64,000 bases of DNA from Occultella glacieicola (GCF_004353825.1 NZ_SMNA01000016.1:1-64000), one strand, 5' to 3'; counted from the first letter of the stretch, positions 30,693 to 41,262 are shown. Notes: generated from the letters alone by a model not told the origin. Translations and numbers: made by a program.

Positions 30693-30828
30693 GGTCGCCG
30701 ACCGCCTCTCGAGTGGGTGGGTCGGAGTCCACCGTGACGCAACCAGGGCGGCCCGCGGGATAGCCGGGCGGCCAGCGTTCTGGGCTGCTGGCGGTGCGAT
30801 CGCACAGGTGGTCGGGATGGTCCGGGAC

Positions 30829-31998
30829 TCAGTCCGAGGGCGGTGGTCCGAGGGTCGCCAGGGCGAGTTGCAGCATTAGGACGAGCCGGGTGTCGGTGTC
30901 GGTCAGATCGACGCCGCACCTGTCGACGGCGCGGCGGAGCCGGTTCCGCAGCGTGTTCGGGTGGACGTGCAACTCGGCGGCCGCCGCTGCGACGTCGCCG
31001 CCATGCGCGAGATGGGCCCGCGCGGTCGTGACGAGTTCGCTGCCGTTGGTCCGGTCGTGCTCCAGGAGCCGGGCCAGCGGTGTGATCTCCGCGACGTCGC
31101 CCAGGAGACCCTCGGTCTGGAGTGCGACGATGTCGGCGAGCACGTCGTCGATGGGGGCCACCACGCCGGGCGTCCGTCGGCGGCGGAGTACCCGCAGCGC
31201 GCGGACCGCGTCCTGGTGCGAGTGGTGGGCCTCGCCGGGGGAGGCCACCCGGCGGCCGATGGCGATGACCACGTGGTCCCGGACCCGTGCCGTGGTGGCG
31301 AACATGCTGAGGACCCGGGCGACCGCCTCGTCCGGGCCGGCGAGCACGGTGCAGACGGTGGCGTCCAGTTCTGCGGTCAGTGCCCGCACACCCCGTGCCT
31401 CGAGGTGGATCGCAAGCGCCCCGGCGAGGCCCGCGGGCAGATCCGAGCCGGTGCTCGGCGCGGCCAGGGCGACCGTGACCGGGCCCGCCAGGCCCAGTTC
31501 GACGGCAACCTCGAAGGCCTCCGGGCCGCCGTCGAGGATGGCGCGAACCTGCCGCGACCGCAATCGGCCGTGCCGGTCGCTCCGGGCTCGATGGGCCAGG
31601 ATCAGCCGGGCCACCTGAGGGACGGCGGCCATGAGCGTTTGCCCCTCAGCCTCGCCGAGTCGTTCCGATCGTGCCGCCCAGATCGACCCGATGAGGGTGC
31701 CTTCGTCGCTGTGCACGGCGACCACCGCCCGGGTGACGCTGCCCTCACCGAGGTCGGCGTAAACCACCCCGGACTCGCGCCGGAGACGGTCGAACACGCC
31801 GGCCTCGGTGAGGATCGTCCGGTATCGACCGGGCACCTGACGGGCGAGGATCGTGTCGACCCGGATGTCGTCGACGGATTGGGCGTCGGCGGAGTACGCG
31901 AGGACCGTGGAGCGCTCGTCCTCGATGGTCACAGGCGCGTCGATGGACCCGGCGAGCGACTCGGCGGCCTCGAACAGGTCGTCTCCGAGGGTCTCCAT
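30829..31998 (-). CDS. PucR/CdaR-family regulator
   Basis: C-terminal HTH LHVHPNTLRNRL; N-terminal APVTIED...LAYS. Confidence 0.88.
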   Translation of the reverse strand: METLGDDLFEAAESLAGSIDAPVTIEDERSTVLAYSADAQSVDDIRVDTILARQVPGRYRTILTEAGVFDRLRRESGVVYADLGEGSVTRAVVAVHSDEGTLIGSIWAARSERLGEAEGQTLMAAVPQVARLILAHRARSDRHGRLRSRQVRAILDGGPEAFEVAVELGLAGPVTVALAAPSTGSDLPAGLAGALAIHLEARGVRALTAELDATVCTVLAGPDEAVARVLSMFATTARVRDHVVIAIGRRVASPGEAHHSHQDAVRALRVLRRRRTPGVVAPIDDVLADIVALQTEGLLGDVAEITPLARLLEHDRTNGSELVTTARAHLAHGGDVAAAAAELHVHPNTLRNRLRRAVDRCGVDLTDTDTRLVLMLQLALATLGPPPSD

Positions 31999-32092
31999 GA
32001 CGAGACTCTAGGGCCTTCGCACGCCCCACCGGTGACGAAGGACGAGAACCGCACGGACGCGTCAACCGCAGTTCCGGTACCCTTCCAGACAG

Positions 32093-32104
32093 ATTGTCGA
32101 CAAT
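32093..32104. promoter_or_regulatory. Operator ATTGTCGACAAT (island regulon)
   Basis: Perfect palindrome in the pucR/M20 divergent spacer. Confidence 0.75.
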
Positions 32105-32158
32105 AGATCGAGGTCGGCGTGGATTCCGGCCGACGCCCTGTCGGACGACGAAGGGAGC

Positions 32159-33457
32159 GTGGACGTGACGGACCTGGTGGCGCTGAGGCGCCAGTTGCAC
32201 CGTCGTCCGGAACTCGGCTTCATGGAGATCGAAACGGCCGTCGCGGTGATCGTTGAGATCGGTGCCGTCGCCGACGAGGTGACCTTCGGTGCCTCGGTTT
32301 GCGACCTGACCGGTGTCGCCGGCCTGCCCGCTCCGGCCGACCTCGCGTCCGCACGGGCACGGGCCTTCGCCCGTGGCGTCGCGCCCGGCCTGGTGGAGGA
32401 ACTCGGTCACGGGGCGACCGGCATCGTGGCCACGGTCAAGGGCGACCGGCCGGGGCAGGTCACGGCGCTCCGATTCGACATGGACGCACTGCCGGTGCAC
32501 GAGGCGGATGGCGGCGAGCATCGGCCGACTCGGGTGGGCTTCGCCTCGGAGATCCCCGGCCTCATGCACGCCTGCGGGCACGACGGACATGTTGCCGTCG
32601 GTGTCGAACTGGTTCGGCGACTGGCCGCGGATCGGGACTTCGCGGGCGAGGTCCGCGCGGTGTTCCAGCCTGCTGAGGAGGGGGTCCGCGGAGCCCACGC
32701 CATGGTCGCGGCGGGAGCCGTCGACGGTGTCGACGTGATGCTCGGGATGCATCTGGGGATCGGGCTGCCCGTGGGTACGGTGGCGGCGGCCGCCGCCGGC
32801 GTCCTCGCCACCGAGAAGTGGCGGATCGTCCTCACCGGCCGTGCGGCGCACGCCGCCCTCGCGCCCGCCGAGGGGCGCAACGCGCTCCTGGGCGCCGCAG
32901 CCGCCGTGACCGCGCTGCATGCCCTGCCCCCGGAGGCAGGCGTGGTGACTCGGGTCAACGTGGGCCGACTCGTGGCTGGCACGGCCGCGAACGTCGTGCC
33001 CGAGAGTGCGATCCTCGAGTGCGAGGTACGTGCCGACGACGACGGCGCGCTCAGGCGGCTCGCGGATAGTGCCCGGCACATCGTGGCCGGTGCGGCAGCC
33101 ATGTATGAGCTCGAGGTGGCTTTCGAGGTCACCGGAACCTCCGCCGTCGCAGTCTGCGACACGGACGTGACCGAGGCGATGGCTCGGGCCGCTGCCAGGG
33201 TGCCGGGCATCGAGCATGCCCTTGCCGCAGCCACCATGACGGCCTCCGACGACGTCACCCTGATGATGTCCCACGTGCAGGGGAACGGCGGACGGGCCAC
33301 CTTGACCGTCGTCGGGGCCTCAAGCCCCGCACCGCACCACCACCCCCGGTTCGACGTGGACGAGCGGGCGCTTCCGCTCGCGGTCGCGTGGCTCGAGGCC
33401 GCTATCCGCACGGGATTCAGGGTTCCCCCAGTTGTGACGTCACAGGTACGATCCTGA
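32159..33457 (+). CDS. M20D amidohydrolase (AbgA-like)
   Basis: LHRRPE, RFDMDALP, MHACGHDGH, QPAEEG, HHHPRFD. Confidence 0.9.
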   Translation: MDVTDLVALRRQLHRRPELGFMEIETAVAVIVEIGAVADEVTFGASVCDLTGVAGLPAPADLASARARAFARGVAPGLVEELGHGATGIVATVKGDRPGQVTALRFDMDALPVHEADGGEHRPTRVGFASEIPGLMHACGHDGHVAVGVELVRRLAADRDFAGEVRAVFQPAEEGVRGAHAMVAAGAVDGVDVMLGMHLGIGLPVGTVAAAAAGVLATEKWRIVLTGRAAHAALAPAEGRNALLGAAAAVTALHALPPEAGVVTRVNVGRLVAGTAANVVPESAILECEVRADDDGALRRLADSARHIVAGAAAMYELEVAFEVTGTSAVAVCDTDVTEAMARAAARVPGIEHALAAATMTASDDVTLMMSHVQGNGGRATLTVVGASSPAPHHHPRFDVDERALPLAVAWLEAAIRTGFRVPPVVTSQVRS

Positions 33458-33478
33458 TATGTCAGGCCCGGTAGACAC

Positions 33479-34183
33479 ATGGCTCATCTGAGCGCGACGA
33501 GTGCGACCGTCGAGGCCTACGCGCGCCTCAAGAACATGATCCTGACGAACGAGCTCTCCCCCGGCGTGGAGTTGCGTGAGGGGGGCCTCGCCGACGCGAC
33601 CGGCTACGGCCGGACTCCGGTCCGGGAGGCCCTGCAGCGGCTGGTCCACGAGGGGTTCGTCGAGGTGCGCCCACGGCAGGGGTACCGGGTCCGCCAGCTC
33701 TCCGTTGCCGGGGTCCGGGACCTGTTCGAGATGCGCCTCATCCTCGAGCCGGCTGCCGTCCAGCTCGCCATCGAGCGTGCCACGGACGCGGAGCTGGCCA
33801 CCCTCAGTGCACTTGCACACGCGACCTATGGCGTCGACCGGCCGAGCTACGAGCAGTTCCTAATCGACAATCGTGAGATCCATGTACGGATCGCCGAGGT
33901 GTCCGGCAACGCCCGGCTCGCGGACTCGCTGCGGATCCTCCTCGAGGAGATGCAGCGGCTCTACTTCGTCACGCTGGGCTCGCGCGCCGCCGTCGGTGAG
34001 CAGTTGCACGAGCACCACGACCTGTTCGACGCGATGGTCGAGCGGGCCGCCGCCACGGCACGGGGCCTGGTGGTCGACCAGATCGAGTCGAGTCGGCGGC
34101 AGGTCATCGACGCACTGCTGGGGGGTGCGGCGGGCTTGTCCCCGGGAGTCGACCAACTGATCCTGTTCGGTTCGAGTCGTTGA
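33479..34183 (+). CDS. GntR (FCD) regulator
   Basis: GRTPVREAL HTH, FCD domain. Confidence 0.92.
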   Translation: MAHLSATSATVEAYARLKNMILTNELSPGVELREGGLADATGYGRTPVREALQRLVHEGFVEVRPRQGYRVRQLSVAGVRDLFEMRLILEPAAVQLAIERATDAELATLSALAHATYGVDRPSYEQFLIDNREIHVRIAEVSGNARLADSLRILLEEMQRLYFVTLGSRAAVGEQLHEHHDLFDAMVERAAATARGLVVDQIESSRRQVIDALLGGAAGLSPGVDQLILFGSSR

Positions 34184-34204
34184 CTGAGCGCCCCGCGCGG
34201 AACG

Positions 34205-34237
34205 ATTGTTGACAATTTCGAGCTCATTGTCGACAAT
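34205..34237 (+). promoter_or_regulatory. Tandem operators coinciding with a TTGACA-N17-GACAAT promoter
   Basis: ATTGTTGACAAT (34205-34216) and ATTGTCGACAAT (34226-34237), 21-bp period. Confidence 0.8.
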
Positions 34238-34339
34238 CGGGAGCACGTGTCGGCGGCCCATGGCCCGAGGGTAGGAGACCCGGATGTCACCCACGTCGAA
34301 GCCGGGGACCACCCCGGAGCGCTCCGCGGCGGGTGGGCG

Positions 34340-35407
34340 ATGACCTCGGCCCGTGTCGCTGCCATCCCGGGCGACGGGATCGGGACCGAGGTGATGGACT
34401 CGGCTAAGGCGGTCCTCGCCCGCCTGCTCCCGCTGACGGGCGACAACATCGCCTGGACGGACCTGGACTGGTCCTGTGAGCGCTACCTCACGGAGGGCGC
34501 ACTGATGCCCGACGACGGCCTGGGCCTCCTACGGGAGCACGACGCGGTCCTGCTCGGTGCGGTCGGCTGGCCCGGCGTACCGGACCACGTCTCGCTGTGG
34601 GGCTTACTGATTCCGATCCGGCGCATGTTCCAGCAGTACGTGAACCTGCGCCCGGTACGCGTCATGGAAGGTGTGCCGTCACCGCTGCGGCCCGACCTGG
34701 CGGAGGGCGTCGACCTGCTCATCGTGCGCGAGAACTCTGAGGGGGAGTACTCCGAGATCGGCGGGCGGTTCGGAGCCGGCACTCCGGTCGAGTCGGCGTT
34801 CCAGCAGAGCGTGTTCACGCGCACCGGCGTCGAGCGCATCGCTCGCTTCGCCGCGGAGCGGGCCGAGCGGCGTCGTGGACGGATCGTCGCCGCGACGAAG
34901 TCCAACGGGATCATCCACACCATGCCGTTCTGGGACGAGGTGGTGGCCGAGACGACGGCGCACTACAGCGTCGAGACGACCTTCGAGCACATCGATGCGC
35001 TTGCGGCCAAGCTCGTGCTCCACCCGGCCCGCTACGACGTGGTGCTCGGCAGCAATCTCTTCGGTGACATCCTCAGTGATCTGGCCGCCGGAGTCTGCGG
35101 GAGCATCGGAATCGCACCGTCGGCCAACGTCGACCCCACCGGCACCTACCCGTCCATGTTCGAGCCGGTGCACGGATCCGCACCGGACATCGCCGGCCGT
35201 GGGATCGCCAACCCCGTGGGCATGCTCTGGTCCACCGTGATGATGCTCGAGCATCTCGGCGCGGCGCGGGCCGCCGGCCTCCTGATGGAGGCCATCGCGG
35301 AGACCCTGCGGGACCCGGCTACCCGGACCGCAGACATCGGCGGCACCGCCGACACCGCCGCGGTGACCGACGCGGTGATATCGCACGTGACCCGGAGTGC
35401 CGCATGA
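34340..35407 (+). CDS. Tartrate dehydrogenase/decarboxylase (D-malate dehydrogenase family)
   Basis: IPGDGIG, VPDHVSLWGLLIPIRR, RENSEGEY, TKSNG, SNLFGDILSD, EPVHGSAPDIAG. Confidence 0.92.
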   Translation: MTSARVAAIPGDGIGTEVMDSAKAVLARLLPLTGDNIAWTDLDWSCERYLTEGALMPDDGLGLLREHDAVLLGAVGWPGVPDHVSLWGLLIPIRRMFQQYVNLRPVRVMEGVPSPLRPDLAEGVDLLIVRENSEGEYSEIGGRFGAGTPVESAFQQSVFTRTGVERIARFAAERAERRRGRIVAATKSNGIIHTMPFWDEVVAETTAHYSVETTFEHIDALAAKLVLHPARYDVVLGSNLFGDILSDLAAGVCGSIGIAPSANVDPTGTYPSMFEPVHGSAPDIAGRGIANPVGMLWSTVMMLEHLGAARAAGLLMEAIAETLRDPATRTADIGGTADTAAVTDAVISHVTRSAA

Positions 35408-36552
35408 GCAACGACGCGGAGGTCGCCGTCGTCGGCCTCGGCACGGTCGGGAGCATGGCGCTATGGCGACTGGCCGAACGGGGCGTGCCGGTGCACGGCT
35501 ATGAACGGTTCGGTATCGCCAACACCCGCGGCGCCTCCGGTGGGCAGACGCGCAGGTTCGCGGCCGCGAGCCAGTCCGAGCCCTTCAAGACCCCACTGGC
35601 TCTCGCTGCGCTCGAGCTGTGGCGTGCGCTCGAGGAGACGACTGGGCAGTCTCTGCTTACGCTCACCGGCGGGATGATCCTCGGCCCCCGCGACACCCCG
35701 GCCCTGGTCAACGCCATCCGGTCCATGCAGGACAACGCCCTCCCGCATGAGGTTCTGGACGCCGACGAACTGCACGCCAGGTTCCCCGAGCACCTCATCC
35801 GAGCCGGCGACACCGCGCTCGTAGACGGGTCGACCGGGTTCCTCCGCCCCGAGCGCAGCATCCTGAGTGCCGTCGGCGCGGCTCGCGCGCGTGGCGCGAA
35901 GGTGCACGACCACACCAGGGTCCTCGCGGTCGAACCGGACGGCGATCGCGTCTGCGTGCGCACGGCGGACGGCGTCCGACGATACGGCCGCGTGGTGGTG
36001 GCCCCCGGCGCCTGGGCACCGCAACTGCTCGGCGATCTGGGGCCCGAGATCACACCGCGACGGCTGACTCAGGCCTGGTACCTGCCGAGGGACGTCACCC
36101 GGTACCGCGCCGACGTCTTCGGGGTGTTCGAGCGGGTCGGCGACGTCCGGGCCTACGGCTTCCCCTCCGTGGACGGCGCGACCGTGAAGGTCGGTGTCTG
36201 GACGCGTCCGCACCCGGTGGTCGAGGATCTCGAGCGACTCGACCAGTGGGTCGCGCAGGCCTGGATCGACGAGATCCGGGAGGTCATCGCCACCTACCTG
36301 CCCGGCCTTCATCCGGACCCGACCAACCTCTCGACCCACATCGAGGGGTACAGCCCGGACCAGCTTCCAGTGGTGGGGCCGTCACCGATCTCGGAGCGCG
36401 TGCTGATCGGCGCCGGCTTCTCCGGCGGCGGATTCAAGTTCGCTCCCGTGATGGGCGAGATACTCGCCGATTATGCCCTCACCGGTGCCACGACGAGGGA
36501 TCTCAGGTTCCTGCGTCCGGACCGGTTCGCCTCAGCGGAGCCCAGGGCATGA
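35404..36552 (+). CDS. Monomeric sarcosine/N-methyltryptophan oxidase-like FAD oxidase (SolA-like)
   Basis: GLGTVGS, GASGGQTR, GFLRPE, GFSGGGFK. Confidence 0.88.
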   Translation: MSNDAEVAVVGLGTVGSMALWRLAERGVPVHGYERFGIANTRGASGGQTRRFAAASQSEPFKTPLALAALELWRALEETTGQSLLTLTGGMILGPRDTPALVNAIRSMQDNALPHEVLDADELHARFPEHLIRAGDTALVDGSTGFLRPERSILSAVGAARARGAKVHDHTRVLAVEPDGDRVCVRTADGVRRYGRVVVAPGAWAPQLLGDLGPEITPRRLTQAWYLPRDVTRYRADVFGVFERVGDVRAYGFPSVDGATVKVGVWTRPHPVVEDLERLDQWVAQAWIDEIREVIATYLPGLHPDPTNLSTHIEGYSPDQLPVVGPSPISERVLIGAGFSGGGFKFAPVMGEILADYALTGATTRDLRFLRPDRFASAEPRA

Positions 36553-36574
36553 GACAAACGGAGAGGGTGACCTG

Positions 36575-37309
36575 GTGACCGGCCCGGAGTCCACCCCGTC
36601 GGCCACCGATCGGGTGGCGCTGGTCACCGGCGGCAACCGCGGCATCGGGTTCGAGATCGCCCGGCAGCTCGGGGCCGCGGGGCTCCGGGTCGCTTTGGGC
36701 TGCCGCCGGCCCGCCGATGCCGCCGACCGGGTAACAGCCCTGCGGGACGCCGGCACGGAGGCCACCGCCGTCGAACTCGACGTGATCGCGCCGGGTAGCC
36801 CTGGACGAGCCGTCGCCACCGTCATGGAGGTCTACGGCCGTCTGGACGTGCTCGTGAACAACGCCGGGATCGCGATCGACGCATGGCCGAGCCACCGCCC
36901 GTCCGAGCCCGACCTGGACCGGGTCCGCACCACCATCGAGACGAACCTGTTCGGGGCCTGGGCGTGTGTGGGGGCGGCGGTACCGGCGATGCGCGCGAAT
37001 CGCTACGGCCGGATCGTCAACCTCTCGAGCACGATGGCCTCCATCGAGCTGACCGACGATCCGAGGTCCCCGGCCTACCGGGTCTCCAAGTCCGCCCTGA
37101 ACATGCTCACGGTGGTCGTCGCCGAGGATCTGCGGGCGGACGGCATCCTCGTCAACGCGGCCTCGCCCGGCTACACCCGCTCCGACATGAGTCCGAAGGC
37201 GACGCGACCGGTCGAGGACGGGGCGGACACGCCCGTGTGGCTGGCGACCCTTCCGAACGACGGCCCGACCGGCGGGTTCTTCTACGAGCGCGAGCCGCTG
37301 CCGTGGTGA
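36575..37309 (+). CDS. Short-chain dehydrogenase/reductase
   Basis: TGGNRGIG, NNAG, YRVSK. Confidence 0.92.
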   Translation: MTGPESTPSATDRVALVTGGNRGIGFEIARQLGAAGLRVALGCRRPADAADRVTALRDAGTEATAVELDVIAPGSPGRAVATVMEVYGRLDVLVNNAGIAIDAWPSHRPSEPDLDRVRTTIETNLFGAWACVGAAVPAMRANRYGRIVNLSSTMASIELTDDPRSPAYRVSKSALNMLTVVVAEDLRADGILVNAASPGYTRSDMSPKATRPVEDGADTPVWLATLPNDGPTGGFFYEREPLPW

Positions 37310-38388
37310 GGGTTCCGGACGGTATCGAGACCCCGAGCCTGTTCATCGACCTCGATCGGGTCGAAGCCAACATTGCGCGGATGCAGGCGACGATCTCGGC
37401 CCGCGGGGTGAACGTCCGACCCCACGTGAAGACGCACAAGTCCGTGCGGATCGGCCGGATGCAGATCGAGGCCGGGGCCTACGGGATCACGGCTGCCAGC
37501 GTGGGTGAGGCCGAGGTGTTCGCCGGGGCCGGCTTCGACGACATCCTGATCGCGTTCCCGGTCTGGGCCGACGCACCGCGAGCGGCCCGGATCCGTGCCC
37601 TGCACGAGCGCACCACGCTCTCGATCGGCGTCGACTCCGAGGAGGCCGCGTCCCAGCTCGCGGCCGCGGTGCGCGGGGCGGCCCACCCGCTCGACGTGTT
37701 CATCGAGCTGGACTGCGGTGCGCGCCGCTCGGGGATCCCGGCCGAGTCGGCGGGTGACCTCGCGGTCGCGTGCGCCCGGCTCGGTCTGAACGTCCGAGGA
37801 GTGTTCGCCTATGCGGGCCACGGTAGCCGGTCGCGAGAGGCCCGCCTGAGCGCCTCGGAAGACGAGGTGGCAGCGGTGCGGATCGCGACCGAGCGGATCG
37901 CTGCCCGCGGCCTGGACATCGAGGTCCTCAGCGCGGGCACCACGCCGACCGCCGGACTTTCAGCCCGCGCCCCCGTCACCGAGGTACGGCCGGGGGAGTA
38001 CGTGTTCGGGGACGTCAACAACGTGCTCCTCGGAAGCTGCTCCCTCGACGACGTCGCGCTGCACCTCGCCGGCACGGTCGTCAGCACGGCGGTGCCCGGT
38101 CAGGTGGTGCTGGATGTCGGGTCCAAGGCCCTCGGCCGCGAGGGATCGCCCGAGCGTGGCTACGGCTGGGTGCCGGGGGTACCGGGCAGCTTCCTGCGGC
38201 TGCTCAACGAACACCACGCGTTCCTGACCGTGCCGCCCGAGGTGCCCCGCCCCGCCGTCGGGGATGTCCTGGCGATCGTGCCGAACCACGTCTGCCCGCC
38301 GGTGAACCTATTCGATGAGTACGCGGTCGTCCGGGCCGGGGTGGTCGTCGACACCTGGCCCGTGGACGCCCGCGGTCACCTCACCTGA
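37306..38388 (+). CDS. PLP-dependent D-threonine aldolase/DSD1-like (alanine-racemase fold)
   Basis: ETPSLFID, RPHVKTHK, RSG, EVRPGEY, NEHH, PNHVC. Confidence 0.88.
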   Translation: MRVPDGIETPSLFIDLDRVEANIARMQATISARGVNVRPHVKTHKSVRIGRMQIEAGAYGITAASVGEAEVFAGAGFDDILIAFPVWADAPRAARIRALHERTTLSIGVDSEEAASQLAAAVRGAAHPLDVFIELDCGARRSGIPAESAGDLAVACARLGLNVRGVFAYAGHGSRSREARLSASEDEVAAVRIATERIAARGLDIEVLSAGTTPTAGLSARAPVTEVRPGEYVFGDVNNVLLGSCSLDDVALHLAGTVVSTAVPGQVVLDVGSKALGREGSPERGYGWVPGVPGSFLRLLNEHHAFLTVPPEVPRPAVGDVLAIVPNHVCPPVNLFDEYAVVRAGVVVDTWPVDARGHLT

Positions 38389-39739
38389 GTCCGGTCACAA
38401 GGGCGCGCATACACGCCAGCAGGCCCGGGCCGTCCGCGGTGAGCATCCGGGCGTGGATCGGCTCCGACCCGCGGCCGCAGCAGTCGAGGAACTTCCGGCG
38501 CCGCTGCTCGTCGGAAAAAGGATCGTCGACGTTGCCGCGGGGGAGGACTCGGACGTGCTCCAGGGTCCGGCCGTCGCGCAGGTGGACCCGGACGTGATGG
38601 GGCGGCCGGTCCGCCGAGAACCCGGGCGGGAGATCGGAGTCGTCCCAGGCGCACAGGATGACCTCGATCTGTTCGGGCTCGCGGACCTCGGTCCGGTACT
38701 CCTGCACCCGTGCCTCGGTGAAGTCCGCGAGCGCGAGCGTCGACCGACGCAGGAAGGTCCGCACGCAGTACTCCATCGAGAACCGAGCCTCGAGGGCGTT
38801 GCTCGGCTCGCGGTATGGCAGACTCCCGAGCCCGGCAGGTCCGATCGTCGCCTCGACACCGGTGACCTCGCTCGCGGTGAATCCGGTCGCCTCCACCAGG
38901 TCGGCGATCGCGTCCAGGACGAGGTGCGTCGACCCGCAGCTCGGGTACTGCTTGGGGAGTACGCCCGGTCGTTCCACGGCCAAGGTATCGGTGAGCCATT
39001 CGGAGCCGTCCGTCCCGTCCCCGCGGCCGGTCAGCGCCACGAACCCCTGCGGACCCTCCAGAGCGCGTGGGTGAGCGGAGACGCCGGCGACGGCGAGCAG
39101 GCCCGCCTCCACTGCTCCCCTGGCGGCAAGGCCGGCGTGCAGCGCCTTCATCGGCGTGCCGAACTGGGCCTTCGTGCCACCGGCGAAACTTACGGCGATC
39201 CCCAGAGCACGCCCGACGGCGTCGGCGGACCCGTCACAGAGGTGGGCCACCGCGGCCGCGGTGCCGATACAGCCGACAGTGGAGGTGCCGTGCCAACCCC
39301 AGACGTAGTGCCCGTAGCCCACCAGCGCCCCGACGTACGCCTGAGCCTGCAGACCCACGACGTAGGACTCGAGGAGGCGGTCCGCCCTGCCCGGCTCTGC
39401 CTCGGCCACGGCCAGCAGGGCGGGGACCAGGACAGCCGACGCGTGGCTCATCCCGGGGGTGAAGTTGTCGTCGAAGTCCGCCGCGTGGGCGGCTGTGGCG
39501 TTCACGGAGGCCGCGGCCGCCGGAGGCCCGGACGCGCCGGTCACCATCGTGCTCGGACCGGTGGCACCGGGCGAGGTCAGCACCTGTTCGGCCGACCGGG
39601 TACTGGCGTCGTCGGCCCCGAGGACCAGGCAGGCGACGGTGTCGATGATCGCATCCCGGGCAAGCCGCTCCTGCGCAGCCGTCAGGCGTGGCTGGAGCGC
39701 AGCCCACGTGCCGAACGCCTCGGCAGGCGTGCCCGTCAT
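38381..39739 (-). CDS. MmgE/PrpD family protein
   Basis: AAHAADFDD, HASAVLVP, GWHGT, KALHAG, KQYPSCGSTH. Confidence 0.9.
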   Translation of the reverse strand: MTGTPAEAFGTWAALQPRLTAAQERLARDAIIDTVACLVLGADDASTRSAEQVLTSPGATGPSTMVTGASGPPAAAASVNATAAHAADFDDNFTPGMSHASAVLVPALLAVAEAEPGRADRLLESYVVGLQAQAYVGALVGYGHYVWGWHGTSTVGCIGTAAAVAHLCDGSADAVGRALGIAVSFAGGTKAQFGTPMKALHAGLAARGAVEAGLLAVAGVSAHPRALEGPQGFVALTGRGDGTDGSEWLTDTLAVERPGVLPKQYPSCGSTHLVLDAIADLVEATGFTASEVTGVEATIGPAGLGSLPYREPSNALEARFSMEYCVRTFLRRSTLALADFTEARVQEYRTEVREPEQIEVILCAWDDSDLPPGFSADRPPHHVRVHLRDGRTLEHVRVLPRGNVDDPFSDEQRRRKFLDCCGRGSEPIHARMLTADGPGLLACMRALVTGLR

Positions 39740-39761
39740 CGCGGGTCTTCGTCGATCGGGT

Positions 39762-41261
39762 TCAGGCGTAGAGACCGGGCACCGACAGGTACTTGAGTTC
39801 CTGGTACTCGAGCAGACCCTCGGGTCCCCCTTCGCGGCCGAGACCGGACTGCTTGATGCCGCCGAAGGGTGCTGCGACGTTCGAGATCAGGCCGCGGTTG
39901 ATGCCGACCATCCCGGACTCGAGGCTGCCCGCCACCCGCCGGGCGCGGTCGACGTCCTGCGTCATCACGTACGCGGCCAACCCGTGCTCGGTGTCGTTCG
40001 CGATGCGCACGGCGGCGTCCTCGTCGGTGAATCGGTGGATCGAGACGACCGGGCCGAAGACCTCCTCGGACATGATCGCCGCGTCCAGCGGGACGTGATC
40101 GAGCACGATGGGGGCGAAATAGGTGCCTTGGGGGTCATCGGGCATGGGGGCCTGATCGATGACGACGGCGCCGCGCGCCACCGCATCATCGACGAGCCGG
40201 GTGGCCTTGGCGACCGCACGATCGTCGATGAGGGGGCCGAGGTCGACTCCATCGTCGAGTCCGGGGCCGACGCGCACGGCCGCCATCCGCTCACCGATCC
40301 GGCGGGCGAAGTCGTCGGCGATGCCGTCCTGGACCAGGAACCGGTTGGCCGCCACGCAGGACTGGCCGCCCAGGCGCATCTTGGCGATCATCGCCTGGTC
40401 GATGGTCACGTCGAGATCCGCGTCGTCGAAGACCAGGAACGGGGCGTTGCCGCCGAGTTCCATCGAGGTGCGCAGGACGCGGCGGCCGGCCTGTTCCAGG
40501 AGGAGCCTGCCCACCGGGGTGGACCCCGTGAACGAGAGCTTGCGCAGCCGGGGGTCCTCGATCAGCCGGGAGCAGACCCCGGCGGCATCTGTCGTGGTGA
40601 AGACGTTGACCACCCCGGCCGGGGCGCCGGCCTCCCGGACGATCGCGGCGAACGCGAGCGTGACCAGCGGAGTCAGGTCTGCGGGCTTGACCACGACGGT
40701 GCATCCGGCAGCGATCGCGGGGGAGACCTTGCGGGCCACCATCGCGAGCGGCACGTTCCAGGGGGTGATCAACAGGCACGGCCCGACGGGCTCGGTCACT
40801 GTGATGAAGTGGGACTGGCCGTCCGGTGCTGGAGTGCTGCGACCGCCGGGGCGGACGGCCTCCTCGGCGAACCAGCGGACGAAGTCCGCCGCGTAGTCGA
40901 CCTCGCCGCGGGCCTCGGTCAGCGTCTTGCCGACCTCGAGGGTGATCAGTGTGGCAAGCACCTCGCGCCGCTCCCGCATGAGTTCGAAGGCTCGGCGCAG
41001 GACGTCGGCGCGCCGGCGCGGGGCCGATCGGGCCCAGGACGGCCCGGCCGCCACCGCGGCGTCCAGCGCCGCCAGCCCGTCATCGATGCCGCAGTCGGCG
41101 ACCTGCGCGAGCGCAGCGCCCGTCGCCGGATCGGTGACGGTGAAGGTGCGGCCGGATGCTGGCTCGCGCCAGGATCCGGCGAGGTAGCCGGAGGGCACCG
41201 CGCTCAGCGCGGCCGACATGGCCGAGTCGTCCCGGCCCGGGGCGGTGGCGATGCTGGACAT
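39762..41261 (-). CDS. gabD: NAD(P)-dependent succinate-semialdehyde dehydrogenase (GabD-like)
   Basis: ITPWN, FTGST, MELGGNAP, GQSCVAANR, EEVFGP, PFGGIKQSG. Confidence 0.85.
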   Translation of the reverse strand: MSSIATAPGRDDSAMSAALSAVPSGYLAGSWREPASGRTFTVTDPATGAALAQVADCGIDDGLAALDAAVAAGPSWARSAPRRRADVLRRAFELMRERREVLATLITLEVGKTLTEARGEVDYAADFVRWFAEEAVRPGGRSTPAPDGQSHFITVTEPVGPCLLITPWNVPLAMVARKVSPAIAAGCTVVVKPADLTPLVTLAFAAIVREAGAPAGVVNVFTTTDAAGVCSRLIEDPRLRKLSFTGSTPVGRLLLEQAGRRVLRTSMELGGNAPFLVFDDADLDVTIDQAMIAKMRLGGQSCVAANRFLVQDGIADDFARRIGERMAAVRVGPGLDDGVDLGPLIDDRAVAKATRLVDDAVARGAVVIDQAPMPDDPQGTYFAPIVLDHVPLDAAIMSEEVFGPVVSIHRFTDEDAAVRIANDTEHGLAAYVMTQDVDRARRVAGSLESGMVGINRGLISNVAAPFGGIKQSGLGREGGPEGLLEYQELKYLSVPGLYA

Positions 41262-41262
41262 G

